From an uncultured virus (IMG/VR IMGVR_UViG_3300037493_002973) (lineage: Duplodnaviria; Heunggongvirae; Uroviricota; Caudoviricetes): a DNA stretch of 64,000 bases. The stretch lies in the IMG/VR virus record IMGVR_UViG_3300037493_002973, one strand, 5' to 3'. Below the pieces are notes generated by a model. It saw only the letters and a list, made by a program, of their open reading frames with translations, was not told the DNA's origin and searched no databases. Of the stretch, positions 16,701 through 25,035 are shown in pieces. The translations under genes were made by a program, and so were the position numbers. Every line of letters starts with the position of its first letter. Position 1 is the first letter of the stretch.

Positions 16701-19700
16701 ACGTCAAGAGTTTCTGTTGAAAGGTCGCGCTTAACCTCAACTTCTTTTCCGTTAACAGTCATTTTGAATTGGTCGTTTAAGTGTCTTCCGAAAAGACCCT
16801 TATCCCATCTTGCCCCATTCATTCTTTGGTCAACGTACTTCATAGCGTTGGCTATCGCAACTCCTAATTTGGTTCCCTTCTCAACCTGTTTAGCGGCTAA
16901 TTCAAGCGCTCCATCGTAGATTGTTTTAGAGATTCCTATTAGTCCAAAAAGAGGGTCTACAAAACCAATTCCACCTATTTTCTTGTCACGGAGTCTTTTT
17001 GCGATTTCTGCTCTTTCAGCCTTAGATTTAGATACATCATCACGAGTTTCTGCTTGGCTGACATCGGCTTTTCCTGTGCTTGCTTTTCCATTTTCTTTTA
17101 TGTATTTCGTTAAGTCTTTCTTGTATTGTTCTGACGATTCGTATTCTCCTTGTGCTTGCATCTCTGCAAAAATACTTGCGGCTTCTTCCTCTGTAAGTTC
17201 GTCTATACTGAGGATTACAGGAAGGTCTTCTTCGGATTGCTTGAAAGCATTTCTTTCCATGTAAGCATTCCGTTCTTCCCATTCGGCTTCCGTTGCCCCT
17301 TCCATTCCTGGAGGAACATCTTCTTTATTTCCTGCGTTGTAAACTTCTTCTGCAAAATCAAAAGCTTCTTCACGGCCATTGTTTGTAGCAAAAATCTTTA
17401 TAGCGTCTATAACTTTGTCAATATCAACTTCCGCTTCGGTGTCCATTCCGAATCCCGCATCACGCATTTCTTGGGCAAGAAACTCTAAAGAAATTCCATT
17501 GTCTGACCACATCCAAGACGGAATATCCGAACCCCTTCCAATTGCCCTAATAATTTCAGCCTTACGAAATCTTGTTCCTTTCGCCAATGCCATAGCCACA
17601 TAATGTTCTATGGTTTGAGGAAGCATATTTATAATCTTACCTTGGTACTTTTTAGATTCTCTTCTTGCTTGTCCCGATTCCTTCTTCTCTTCCTTAGTTT
17701 TGAATACTGGGGTTGCTCGGATTTCTTTACCGTTTTTATCGGTAATTCTAATAGAACCCGTTTTTTGGAATACAACTTCCCATCCGTTTTCTTTTGCAAG
17801 GTCGCGGAGTTCTCCGAAAATTTTGTTCCCCATAATGTCCTTCCTCATTCGCTTCCCTATACGGTTGTATAGTTGGGTCAAGTAAAGTCCTCTTGCTATT
17901 GGAGATTCCTTTTCAACTTTCCTTTTAGCTGCATTCAATCTTTCTGCAAGACTTAAAGGTTTTTCTGTAGGGGTTGCTTCTTTTACTTCAGGCGTAACCT
18001 CCGCTTTAGTTTCCTTCACTTCAGCATTAGGAACCCTCTCCATGTTCTTCCCCTCCGTAGCCACAAAACCGAATCCCTCGTAGAGTTTCCTTAAACCTTC
18101 TTCTGTTGTGGTTTCATCTTTAGGCACCACACTTAAAACGATAGTTTTTCCAAGTTCGTCTGCCTTGTCGATAATCTTCCGCAAGGCTTTCTTTGCTTTG
18201 CCTTGTTCGCGCTCTGCTTCGGGGGTTTCGATAGATTCCAACTTAACGGTATTCCCGTCTACTTCTGAGAAAAGGACATCTACTCCATCAAGATTTGTTT
18301 GCATTACTCCTTCGGAAACATCGTTGAGGTCTTCTACTGGAGTTCCGAAGGAGGAGATGAAGGGTTTGGCTGTTGGCTTTTCTTCAAAAGATTTTAATAA
18401 AGCCTTTTCGTCTATATCAAAAAGAGTTGGGTGTTCATTATTACTTGAACCTCTAATTTCTCTTGGATTTTTAAGAACACCTTTTTCGACTAACTTGTCA
18501 ATGGCATTTCTTGAGTCTAAACTTTGATTAGATATTCTTATGCTTTTAGCTCCTTTTTCCAAAAGAGATTGTATTAACCTATTGTAGGTTTTTGTCCCTC
18601 TTTTTGCCCCATAAACACCATCCGTTCTTTCGGGGGCTTTTACTCCCGTTATGTTTGCGGTCTTACCATCAATATCTCCAAAGGCACTTGCTCCATCAGG
18701 AAACTTTATAGAGAATTTTCTGACGGTTTTTTCGCCTATTTTATCCCCCATAATATCCTTTACATCAACAACCTTGTCTTCCTCTTTGTATTCTATTTCA
18801 GTGGAAATGGGTTCTTTCGGAGTTTCTTTTGTAGGTTCTGCGGGGGTTTCCTTATTTAACTCAGCTAATTCCGCATCGTATAATTTTTTATTTTTAGAAG
18901 TAAAATAATGGTAATCTTCACTTTCAACAAGTAAATCAAAGCCTTTTTTATCTGCATATTTTTGAGCTTCTTCTAGTGAATCAAAAGCTCCAGCACTTGT
19001 AAGTTTACCGTTTTCTGTTTGGCGCTGTATAAAATATCTTCCTCCTGACCCTGTGTAAGGTAAAAATCTATAAAAATTTTCTGCATTTGGTAAATAAACG
19101 CCATATTTATCTTTTAATTCATCTCTTCTTCTTTTTTCAATATCAGCCCTCTTCTTATTTAACTCAGATTCGGAAACGGGTTTTTTCGGAGCTTCTTTTG
19201 TAGGTTCTGCTTGGGGTTGTTCTACTACGGCATATTGCCCTTCGCTTTCATCAATCCATGCAATATCTTCTAATTTAACTTTTTTTGAATATAATTTACC
19301 ACCTTTTCCTCCCGCGTATTCTTGCGCGTTCATTTTTGATGGCGTAACAAATACACCGTTTTCAATAGGATTACTTGAATATATTGTTATTTCACCACTA
19401 TCTAATGCGTCTTGCATTTGTTCTTCAGTAAAGTCGGGGTACATAGCACCTTCCTTTTTTGCTACCTCAAATACTTCGTCAGCGGTTTTTATATCTTCAA
19501 CTTTTCTAATCCATGTATTGTAATTGTTTGGAGCAGGGTTTGTTTTGTTTATTATTTCTAATTGTTTATTTCTCCTACTTTCCACATCTTCCCCTACAGC
19601 AATACTACCTGCTTGGGGTGTTTCTTTGAACTCTATATTAGCAATGTTAGGGTAAAGTTTCTTGGCATTTTCTTTTGCCTTTTCTGTTAGAATTTCGTTA

Positions 19701-22657
19701 ATGTTAGCAGGAAGATTATCTCTTTTTTCTATTGTTGCAAAAGAATACCCATCTCTGCCGCTTGTTGTAGCTCCAACGTCTTGCTTTATTTTTACCCCTA
19801 CCACAATAAATTCTTTGCCATTACGCGAAACGGTAGTAGTAAAAGACTCGTCCTTATTGATGTTGTCCATCACAGTTTTATCGCTTCTTAAATCAAAAGC
19901 GTTTTTCGTTGCGGCTTGGAATCCATCTCTTAGTCCACTTAATTGAATGTCACCAACTACTTCTTCTTTAGGGGTTTTCCCGTCTTGTAGTTCTGTTTGG
20001 TTGACGATTGGCATATTGCTATCGCTTTTCCCTTGGGGTTGCTCTTGGACACCTTGCTCACGCATCTGCTCACTTTGCTGTTCTTTGGCATTTTGTTCTG
20101 TTTTAGAGGTTGTTAATTGTTCTGTTACTGGTTTATTTTTGGCTTTCCAATCGAGGTATTCCTGTTTGGTTAAATAAACAGTTCCCTTTCCATCGTTATT
20201 ATTAACGGAGGCATATTTCTCGTCTGTTGGAGTGGAATTTATTACGGGTTCTGTAGTTGTTGTTGTCTTGGGTTTTTCTGAAAGGCTTTCAAGACGAGCT
20301 ATTTCGTCTTTTATATCTTTTACCGATTCTTTTTGGTACTCACTTGTGGGGTCTTCTGCTAACGATTCTTCTTGATATACAAGTCTTTCCTTCCAAAATT
20401 TAATAGGGTCGTCTTTAAGTTGTTTTATTCTTTCATCTTCCCACTCGCTAGATATGGAGTACCGTTTACTTCTTGCCGAAACTCTTTCGTATGACGCAAT
20501 CTCTTCGCTCGTCAAGTCTTTCTGCCTTTCTTCGTACTCCTTATATCTTTGTTCTTGTCTTCTGTTTCGAGATTTCCTTATGATTTTGTTAAAAACGTAA
20601 TTAGTTTCTTTTTCCGCATCATTTATCCTTTCTCTTTTTTTGTCGCCCAATCCTATTCTTCCAAGTAAATTTTCAGTAGTTGAATTGATTTTTTTGTTAA
20701 GTTTTTCAAGGTATTCCTTGTCACTTTGAGTGGCGTATTTTTTAATTATATCGTCACGTTTAGCGTTGAACTCACTTTCTAAAGCGTCAACCTGAGCCTG
20801 TTCTTCTTCTGACAACTCACCATACTCTCTACCGTAAGTTATGTCGCTTACTCTTAAATCGTAATCCTCAACTAAATCGTCAAATTGTTTATCTTCCGCT
20901 TTTTTAGCAAGTATTTCATCAATCTTAGCAATTTCTTCTTCAATAGGTTTTGCGAATACGGGGTCAAGATTTCTTTTCTTTTCCTCGAGTTCTTGCTTTT
21001 TTTGAACATCGTCCACAACCTCGGTATCTTCTACTAAATTGTCAGGAACTGCATTAACGGCTTTCTCCCGAACCTTTAAGTCTTGTTCCGTTGTAGAATA
21101 CTGTTCGGGGTTTTCTTTTATAGCCTCTTGCAAGGAAGTTAATCCCTCGGGGTCATTCTTTATTGTATAATCAACAAATTTTTTCCTTGCTGTATTTGCA
21201 GAAGATATTGCGGTAACTGCCATTTGAGGGGCAGTTGTAACTCCTCCTGATGCTGCGCCCAATGCCCAAGTGTTTATCCCGTCTTTAAGTATCTTTTGGG
21301 TAGATTCGTTATTTATCCCAAGGACTTTATCGGTGAATTTCTGTTGGGCAAATGTTAGGACTTCCGAAAAACCTTCTTTTGAAGGATTCCCAACAAAGAC
21401 ATCGAATAGATTTTTAGCAATTGTTCCTGCTCCTTCTTTAGCAACTTGCTCTGCGGCTTCTTTTCCTGCGGTTTCAGCCACTTTCTTTACGGTGGACCTA
21501 AGTGAGCCCATCATAATGTTTGTAGACCCTTTCAATAGACCTACGGAAATAATTTCCCCTGTTAATTCTGCCGAACCGTAAGCAAGTGGTCGGGTAATCA
21601 TTCTATTGAACTTAGAAAGGTCTTCCACCCCTGCTGCTTTCGGGTTGCGTTCTTGGTCTGCGTATGCCCCTCCAACAAATATAGGGGCTACTGCCGCGCC
21701 TCCTGCAACCAATCCCCCTGTAAGCGCTGCTCCTGTTCCTATTAAAAGGCTGTTTGCGGCTGACCTAGCAGAGGTATTTACCGCTAAATTACCCATCTCT
21801 CCCCACTTACCTTGTCTGTATAAATCAGTCATTTGACCGTCTACTTCAAACATATCGTTTTCGATAAGGTCTACTTGCTCGTATGTTTTAGCAAGGGCTT
21901 TTTGAATTTCCCCTACTTGACCTTTTTGAGTAGCAACACCAACGATTCCTTCAAGAAAATTAGGGATTCCTGTAAGTTCCCCAAGGACATCATTTGTCCA
22001 ATCAGCAAATCCAATTGCGCCCTTCTTAGCGTCAATAACTCCCGCTACCAAATTGTCATACCAATCGGCACCATTTTTAAGTGCTAAACCTTGTTTTTTT
22101 ACATAGTCCCTTAACTGAGTGTTTCCTTGTATGTCTACTTGACGTTCTCCCGCAACAAAAGACTTCATAAAATCCCTGTCTTGTGCGTACTGGCGCATCT
22201 TAGCGTTAGGAACAAGTTGTCCATCTATAAAACTCTGCCCTATATCTGCGGGTGGGTTTAAGGCTTGTTCTACAACGGCACTTGCATAGGTTTCCTCTTT
22301 CTTAGGCGCTTCTGTTCCGCCAATCCCAACGATAGCCTCTTTAGGGACTTCCAATCCCTTTGTTGGGTATTCAGTAATAGGCTTCTGTTTGGTTGCCCTA
22401 TCTAAGTTCCCAGTACCGAAATCAAGTTTACTCTTCTGTTGAATCTCTTGTGGAGATAACGGTGAAGGTACATTCCCATCTGAAGAACCTCCAAGACCAC
22501 GTAAAGGGGCAGGTTGGGAAGCTCCAACAACGTTTTTTTTTTCAGGGGTTGGGTCTACAAGAATGGCATCTGACGGTGGAGTCCATGTTGATTTTTCTTC
22601 TACAAGGATAGCGTCCGATGGTGGTGTCCAAGGGGTAGTTGGGTCTTTTTGAGCCAT
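10727..22657 (-). CDS. Giant virion-ejected polyvalent protein (3976 aa) with ART-like, GNAT and EEVQSDW-motif domains
   Basis: Last of three genes after the muzzle protein; N-terminal Gly/Ala hydrophobic helices; GNAT motifs REQGKA and LYEGFGF; ART-like ITIYSS...GVFVTPSK...YA; long helical C-terminus. Confidence 0.8.
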   Translation of the reverse strand: MAQKDPTTPWTPPSDAILVEEKSTWTPPSDAILVDPTPEKKNVVGASQPAPLRGLGGSSDGNVPSPLSPQEIQQKSKLDFGTGNLDRATKQKPITEYPTKGLEVPKEAIVGIGGTEAPKKEETYASAVVEQALNPPADIGQSFIDGQLVPNAKMRQYAQDRDFMKSFVAGERQVDIQGNTQLRDYVKKQGLALKNGADWYDNLVAGVIDAKKGAIGFADWTNDVLGELTGIPNFLEGIVGVATQKGQVGEIQKALAKTYEQVDLIENDMFEVDGQMTDLYRQGKWGEMGNLAVNTSARSAANSLLIGTGAALTGGLVAGGAAVAPIFVGGAYADQERNPKAAGVEDLSKFNRMITRPLAYGSAELTGEIISVGLLKGSTNIMMGSLRSTVKKVAETAGKEAAEQVAKEGAGTIAKNLFDVFVGNPSKEGFSEVLTFAQQKFTDKVLGINNESTQKILKDGINTWALGAASGGVTTAPQMAVTAISSANTARKKFVDYTIKNDPEGLTSLQEAIKENPEQYSTTEQDLKVREKAVNAVPDNLVEDTEVVDDVQKKQELEEKKRNLDPVFAKPIEEEIAKIDEILAKKAEDKQFDDLVEDYDLRVSDITYGREYGELSEEEQAQVDALESEFNAKRDDIIKKYATQSDKEYLEKLNKKINSTTENLLGRIGLGDKKRERINDAEKETNYVFNKIIRKSRNRRQEQRYKEYEERQKDLTSEEIASYERVSARSKRYSISSEWEDERIKQLKDDPIKFWKERLVYQEESLAEDPTSEYQKESVKDIKDEIARLESLSEKPKTTTTTEPVINSTPTDEKYASVNNNDGKGTVYLTKQEYLDWKAKNKPVTEQLTTSKTEQNAKEQQSEQMREQGVQEQPQGKSDSNMPIVNQTELQDGKTPKEEVVGDIQLSGLRDGFQAATKNAFDLRSDKTVMDNINKDESFTTTVSRNGKEFIVVGVKIKQDVGATTSGRDGYSFATIEKRDNLPANINEILTEKAKENAKKLYPNIANIEFKETPQAGSIAVGEDVESRRNKQLEIINKTNPAPNNYNTWIRKVEDIKTADEVFEVAKKEGAMYPDFTEEQMQDALDSGEITIYSSNPIENGVFVTPSKMNAQEYAGGKGGKLYSKKVKLEDIAWIDESEGQYAVVEQPQAEPTKEAPKKPVSESELNKKRADIEKRRRDELKDKYGVYLPNAENFYRFLPYTGSGGRYFIQRQTENGKLTSAGAFDSLEEAQKYADKKGFDLLVESEDYHYFTSKNKKLYDAELAELNKETPAEPTKETPKEPISTEIEYKEEDKVVDVKDIMGDKIGEKTVRKFSIKFPDGASAFGDIDGKTANITGVKAPERTDGVYGAKRGTKTYNRLIQSLLEKGAKSIRISNQSLDSRNAIDKLVEKGVLKNPREIRGSSNNEHPTLFDIDEKALLKSFEEKPTAKPFISSFGTPVEDLNDVSEGVMQTNLDGVDVLFSEVDGNTVKLESIETPEAEREQGKAKKALRKIIDKADELGKTIVLSVVPKDETTTEEGLRKLYEGFGFVATEGKNMERVPNAEVKETKAEVTPEVKEATPTEKPLSLAERLNAAKRKVEKESPIARGLYLTQLYNRIGKRMRKDIMGNKIFGELRDLAKENGWEVVFQKTGSIRITDKNGKEIRATPVFKTKEEKKESGQARRESKKYQGKIINMLPQTIEHYVAMALAKGTRFRKAEIIRAIGRGSDIPSWMWSDNGISLEFLAQEMRDAGFGMDTEAEVDIDKVIDAIKIFATNNGREEAFDFAEEVYNAGNKEDVPPGMEGATEAEWEERNAYMERNAFKQSEEDLPVILSIDELTEEEAASIFAEMQAQGEYESSEQYKKDLTKYIKENGKASTGKADVSQAETRDDVSKSKAERAEIAKRLRDKKIGGIGFVDPLFGLIGISKTIYDGALELAAKQVEKGTKLGVAIANAMKYVDQRMNGARWDKGLFGRHLNDQFKMTVNGKEVEVKRDLSTETLDVVNGWYSPLEKSIKDTKADSLTAKEWLDKVRSKEGEDLWTGLRGVLEAKNPKDRVSKRELLNFLKDNRVDVVEVMKGVATGSDILNDEQLKRLEYLTKLDAKNPGGAIEDIEDGSYSEFLTLLNKRDESSSDDLINLQKETEKKAQLAQRRGDKILAKKYWDENHQAIARLEELELSAEGEGGISNPTKFSQYQLEGEKENYKEVIVILPRTGSMAKVGDYKVPQAHQYGQDLPDNRRLVHLRMNTRKDSDGNKVLFLEEVQSDWGQKGKKEGFKSPELKKKAEAANRAVSDFYNSLKDKYGNDLSAKITDAESAKIDRLIEARNSVQGWDPIFGEFKDGTIPSAPFVTDTNSWVKLGVKVALKEAVAQGVDKIAWTTGEQQNERYSLEKIADEIKYRKNSDGTYRIVAYKRGENVSENKSLKEDKLEETLGKDVAQRIIDGKGERIEEDMSLTGENLKVGGKGMKGFYGSPSEGSLGIVGNVVESLTGQQPKTVEIGSGTPVGTKEMAQKYREGKISEKELDNFINSNATTQHSIDITPEIKQAVKTGLPLFGSKNEILAKAILDMKVKGLTFFDPTLGLIGISVKIYNAALDIAAKEVQNGTEIGKAIQKAVEYIDKAMQGAKWNKGIFEESVKDVHALMKDPELFEDLKSIAKTYAENSKLEPSSKGLLRYLKDKEGVNVSQYIASYIFNSISEGIPKKEAPKQTSKEDLAKAKKEEREKAAARLEKAKKEASEKAAKAREAAKESKEKAVEKAIEKAKQKYVNIGARIGEAFGNLEGQIAGKAKGIKEAAQMQKWFTQQVNTILEDMIAEAKESNPGFSIAPRQLAAITKKLLSVNPFNENSYAKAVEYMGKVLEDATYADNVSRANKLKKDNTKRLNRNDYGIDDGSMRQALKVNVEDLSIDELSEYLDFLEGISAGPYNKAKNIPLVNKYAEIYREQKSKAQEPLSDKMVLANEARQISRSEAKDEALNEFEYERQSMLEPVSEAYKKDYLFIKSLTNEELSNLSEKQLQELSNAIRNMRDEVGFMSGNAANTVRELQAERLAVKANEISEGRAFKQLVRDIILPLKVSFKGGIEKLTDSEKYKRLISMMPLSRIDSAMKGITGQQIHDAFIQPISTAFSVFTEKINQIESGYDKLYSKVGKSILPWKREQQRQDEMVKISLIAIQKEFEDNPYNEEISSPLSDYIEAIREAAKANEEYAKLADRYIEIYESMLDENGQFDYKKQEELLDKDTYNFYKYAQEINASNAQFVEVSAIRNGENISLRQSYTPISVALMEYSNLSEVQEMADKFTSNENVTPTAKSGNIKKRTKGAKPLYLDYHRNAKRATRSVLLDYYMREPLRVASKAFNKISKDIGMSADSRAFFKGLEANIAQVVKNVFVNEFYDEGLKTLIAETLKKRGYQMALASVPRAGVEFGTNLSHAIINKPKELMEGSQILYKYKGNDEDLRTLAIFSESAQISRMFGKSTSIMAEQGSNTKGSATTYGRVVDQMADSIMSAPDRAVARPLWIGSFSRTFREASGSELDIQEFINNPKYRQENAAAIAKARNVADANLSQGFASMNPFEGVVASQVTRADGLIDLYDKYMTRFMRYEFQSSVDAINALMGRNEMSKTQGAALLAATIIRMSAYQFAMSYAVDMFYSLIESATGTGDEEDEEKDVVEKISSSLTGAIISMLVFRRLGNWAKAPIAWGIETLNKNFGEEVGLRKGEYDDYKSPVVFSPLAGDIKGSDLDAEKLLPKFMGPYGPMAKTAFRFKDLMVKRGLEDGMGGYVIEPSETSETEIKKINEEIAFRIMPELVMQSIGAPIPRDVRNLIIRDVFKDYKKTAKEGSATQKGEQEDLKKKERKDAIVKETVNSLSVKVKKNPLNPLGLATKANVMSAYGGEVNVLNAKKEIGEFPYEEILKKHNIEAIKEMKDKNFKKAFITVNGSGDDYEDSKIFARNYFDGVSPKVISAEHAAIIKKVKTLEYFYNFEKEYNKYRNPK
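18803..19210. repeat. 39-bp direct repeat pair (36/39 identical) flanking an in-frame cassette
   Basis: 18803-18841 versus 19172-19210; offset 369 bp = 123 codons. Confidence 0.9.
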
Positions 22658-24261
22658 TATGGTTTTTTATATTGTTTTCCGTCAGGACCTGTTAAAATTG
22701 TTCCGCTTTTAGCTTTGCTCCATGCTGCATTAAATTCACTTTCGGTCATTAAAGCAGGCTTTCCTTGGGCATTCATTTTAGTAGTTGTCGCTGCGGGTTT
22801 TCCGCTTGGGAATTTTGCATTTACGCCTCCTTTAGAAAGATACTGTACGAATCCATCTAAAGTCTCCTTACCGCTTGTTCCTACCAATTCCCCTGTAACA
22901 CGAAGGAGTTCATCCATTGCTTCTTGAGATTCTATTGCCCTTGTGTTTTGAGCAAACTCTTTGAAGTTTTCATTGGTTGCGGGAATGAATACATCTTCAT
23001 ATCCTCCTTCTCCGTTATCTGCAAGGTATTTCATATACAGTTCTCCGTCCTTCAATACGGCAGGACCTTTCGCGATTGCAGATTTACTTCCTGTTCCTCC
23101 TGCTATAGGACTGTCAATCATCATTCCTTTTTCGTTATGCGTTTTAGATCCTAAAGGAATAATGATGTCGGTTTCCCTTGGCTGCGTTCCCGCTTGTCCT
23201 AAAGATACAGACCTCTCTCGGGTATTCTTGTTAAAGGTTGGCTCTCCCCAACTTCCGTAGTTTTTCTCTACGGCACTTGGTTTAGGTTCTCCTGGGGCTT
23301 TGGGCGCTAATGCCGAAATCTCCTTCCAATTATTAACCCTTTGTTTTAGGTCGTAGGAAGTATTTATGGCAGCATATTCAGCGACTTCTTTTGGGTTTAC
23401 GGTTTGAAGTTGTTGCTTCCAAGTCCAATTTCCGTTAGCCTTTGCTTTTCTTTCGTTGTAATCCTGTATGTAAGCACGATTTGAAACGGCAGGGATTGTA
23501 TATGCGTCTACTGTAATTTTATTTGCAGCATCCTCATTCATTAAGTACGGAGTAAGTTGCTGACGATTTCCCCCAAAGCTTTTTACAATTGGAGTACCCT
23601 CTCTTGTATAAAAATCAGGATTATTTATTTGGTCTTTCATCGCTTGCTCGGGAGAAATGGCAAGTGCGGCTCCTGGATTAAACAATACGCTAAACTTCTT
23701 TTCTCCTAAAATATCCTCTTGTTCCATTCTAGAGAAAGGACCATTAAAAGCCTCTTGTATCTCTTCTTCTTTTCCTGCGTTCTTAGGGTCGTTTAACGCT
23801 TCCCACATAGTAGAGTAAGTGGTTCCGTTTATAGTTTGGGAATCCGTAAATCCCATATATTCGTCAGGTTTTGCGTTATAAAGAGTTTTGGTATCGTTCC
23901 AATTTTTATTCATTGCATCGTAATGACCTGCAAGGGCTCTTAACTTTTGTATGCCTTGACCTGCTATTACTGCTGAATTACCTTCTCCCGTAAGTGTAGA
24001 TTGAATTATATCGTCTTGTATCTTATTAGCGTCTGCTTGCCATTGCCTTTGAATGTAAGAATTATCGAACTTGGTATTAAAAATTGTATTCTCGTTAATC
24101 TTATCAATCCTTGCTTGTCTGTTTGCAGCTTCCTTTGCTGCTGCTGCTTCTTTTGCCGCTTTATTGGCACGGATATTATCTCCTATAACAGACGGGTCTA
24201 TATACTGTGTAGTTCTTGTTTGGGGATTTACAGCCCCTGCCATTGCTAATTCTCCTGCCAT
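22657..24261 (-). CDS. Putative internal virion / ejection protein
   Basis: Helical Ala/Gln/Lys-rich; second of the three post-muzzle genes. Confidence 0.6.
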   Translation of the reverse strand: MAGELAMAGAVNPQTRTTQYIDPSVIGDNIRANKAAKEAAAAKEAANRQARIDKINENTIFNTKFDNSYIQRQWQADANKIQDDIIQSTLTGEGNSAVIAGQGIQKLRALAGHYDAMNKNWNDTKTLYNAKPDEYMGFTDSQTINGTTYSTMWEALNDPKNAGKEEEIQEAFNGPFSRMEQEDILGEKKFSVLFNPGAALAISPEQAMKDQINNPDFYTREGTPIVKSFGGNRQQLTPYLMNEDAANKITVDAYTIPAVSNRAYIQDYNERKAKANGNWTWKQQLQTVNPKEVAEYAAINTSYDLKQRVNNWKEISALAPKAPGEPKPSAVEKNYGSWGEPTFNKNTRERSVSLGQAGTQPRETDIIIPLGSKTHNEKGMMIDSPIAGGTGSKSAIAKGPAVLKDGELYMKYLADNGEGGYEDVFIPATNENFKEFAQNTRAIESQEAMDELLRVTGELVGTSGKETLDGFVQYLSKGGVNAKFPSGKPAATTTKMNAQGKPALMTESEFNAAWSKAKSGTILTGPDGKQYKKP

Positions 24262-24284
24262 AATTTTATTTGATAATTAACCAA

Positions 24285-25004
24285 TTATCCAAAAAAGCTT
24301 CCCCCATTTCCAGAATAAGCTATATTATCAAAACTTTGGTTAGTGTCGTAAAATCCTCCGTTTTGGTTTGCGGGATTTTGACCGCCACCTCCACCGCCAC
24401 CTCCTGAATTTCCACCCATGTTTATTTGTTGGGTTTGCGTTCCTTGTTTTTTTTCAGTTGGACTTGAGTTCATACCAAACATTTGAGCAACATATCCTTC
24501 TGCTTGGTCTCCGCTACTAACCCACCCTTGTTCTGCGTTTGCTCTTGCGTTAGAAGCTGCATTTGCAAGAGCAACTTCTCTTTGATTTAATCGAGTATTA
24601 AATCCAATAACATTTGAATTTGCTAATCCTTGAAAATTATCTACCACACCACCTAATTGAGCCATGTAATTGGCCGCAAGTTGGTCTCCTTGCAGTAATC
24701 TTTGTGCTGACTGCTGTAGTCCCGCAGTATTCATTCCCGTCATAATTGCCCCACTTAAAGAAGGGTCGGCAGAAATTCCTCTTTGGTATGCGTTAGCTGA
24801 ACTTTGTCCAAGCATTGAATCAAAGGCTCCTTGAGAAACTGACAAAGGGTTTGTAGAGCGTTTTTTTAAGTCTGTATAAAGCGACAATAATTCGCTTACT
24901 GGTTTTTGTTCTTTGTAATCAGGGAGTTTTTTAATCTCCGCCATAGCCTCATCGTAGGCTATTTTTCCTTGTATGCCTTGAATTATACCTCCTATGATTG
25001 ACAT
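24285..25004 (-). CDS. Putative internal virion / ejection (pilot-like) protein
   Basis: IIGGIIQG N-terminus, Ala/Gln/Gly-rich, poly-Gly tail. Confidence 0.6.
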   Translation of the reverse strand: MSIIGGIIQGIQGKIAYDEAMAEIKKLPDYKEQKPVSELLSLYTDLKKRSTNPLSVSQGAFDSMLGQSSANAYQRGISADPSLSGAIMTGMNTAGLQQSAQRLLQGDQLAANYMAQLGGVVDNFQGLANSNVIGFNTRLNQREVALANAASNARANAEQGWVSSGDQAEGYVAQMFGMNSSPTEKKQGTQTQQINMGGNSGGGGGGGGQNPANQNGGFYDTNQSFDNIAYSGNGGSFFG

Positions 25005-25023
25005 GGCTATATATTATTTTCCC

Positions 25024-25031
25024 CAAAGATA
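25024..25031 (-). promoter_or_regulatory. Bacteroidota-type -7 promoter box for ejection-protein genes
   Basis: CAAAGATA on plus within a 31-bp gap. Confidence 0.65.
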
Positions 25032-25035
25032 GGTA

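Noticed and set aside
18405..18430. LFDID as a crAss-type RNA polymerase DFDID motif
   Set aside because: The first Asp is missing and the motif ends a small GNAT-like module, with no polymerase context.
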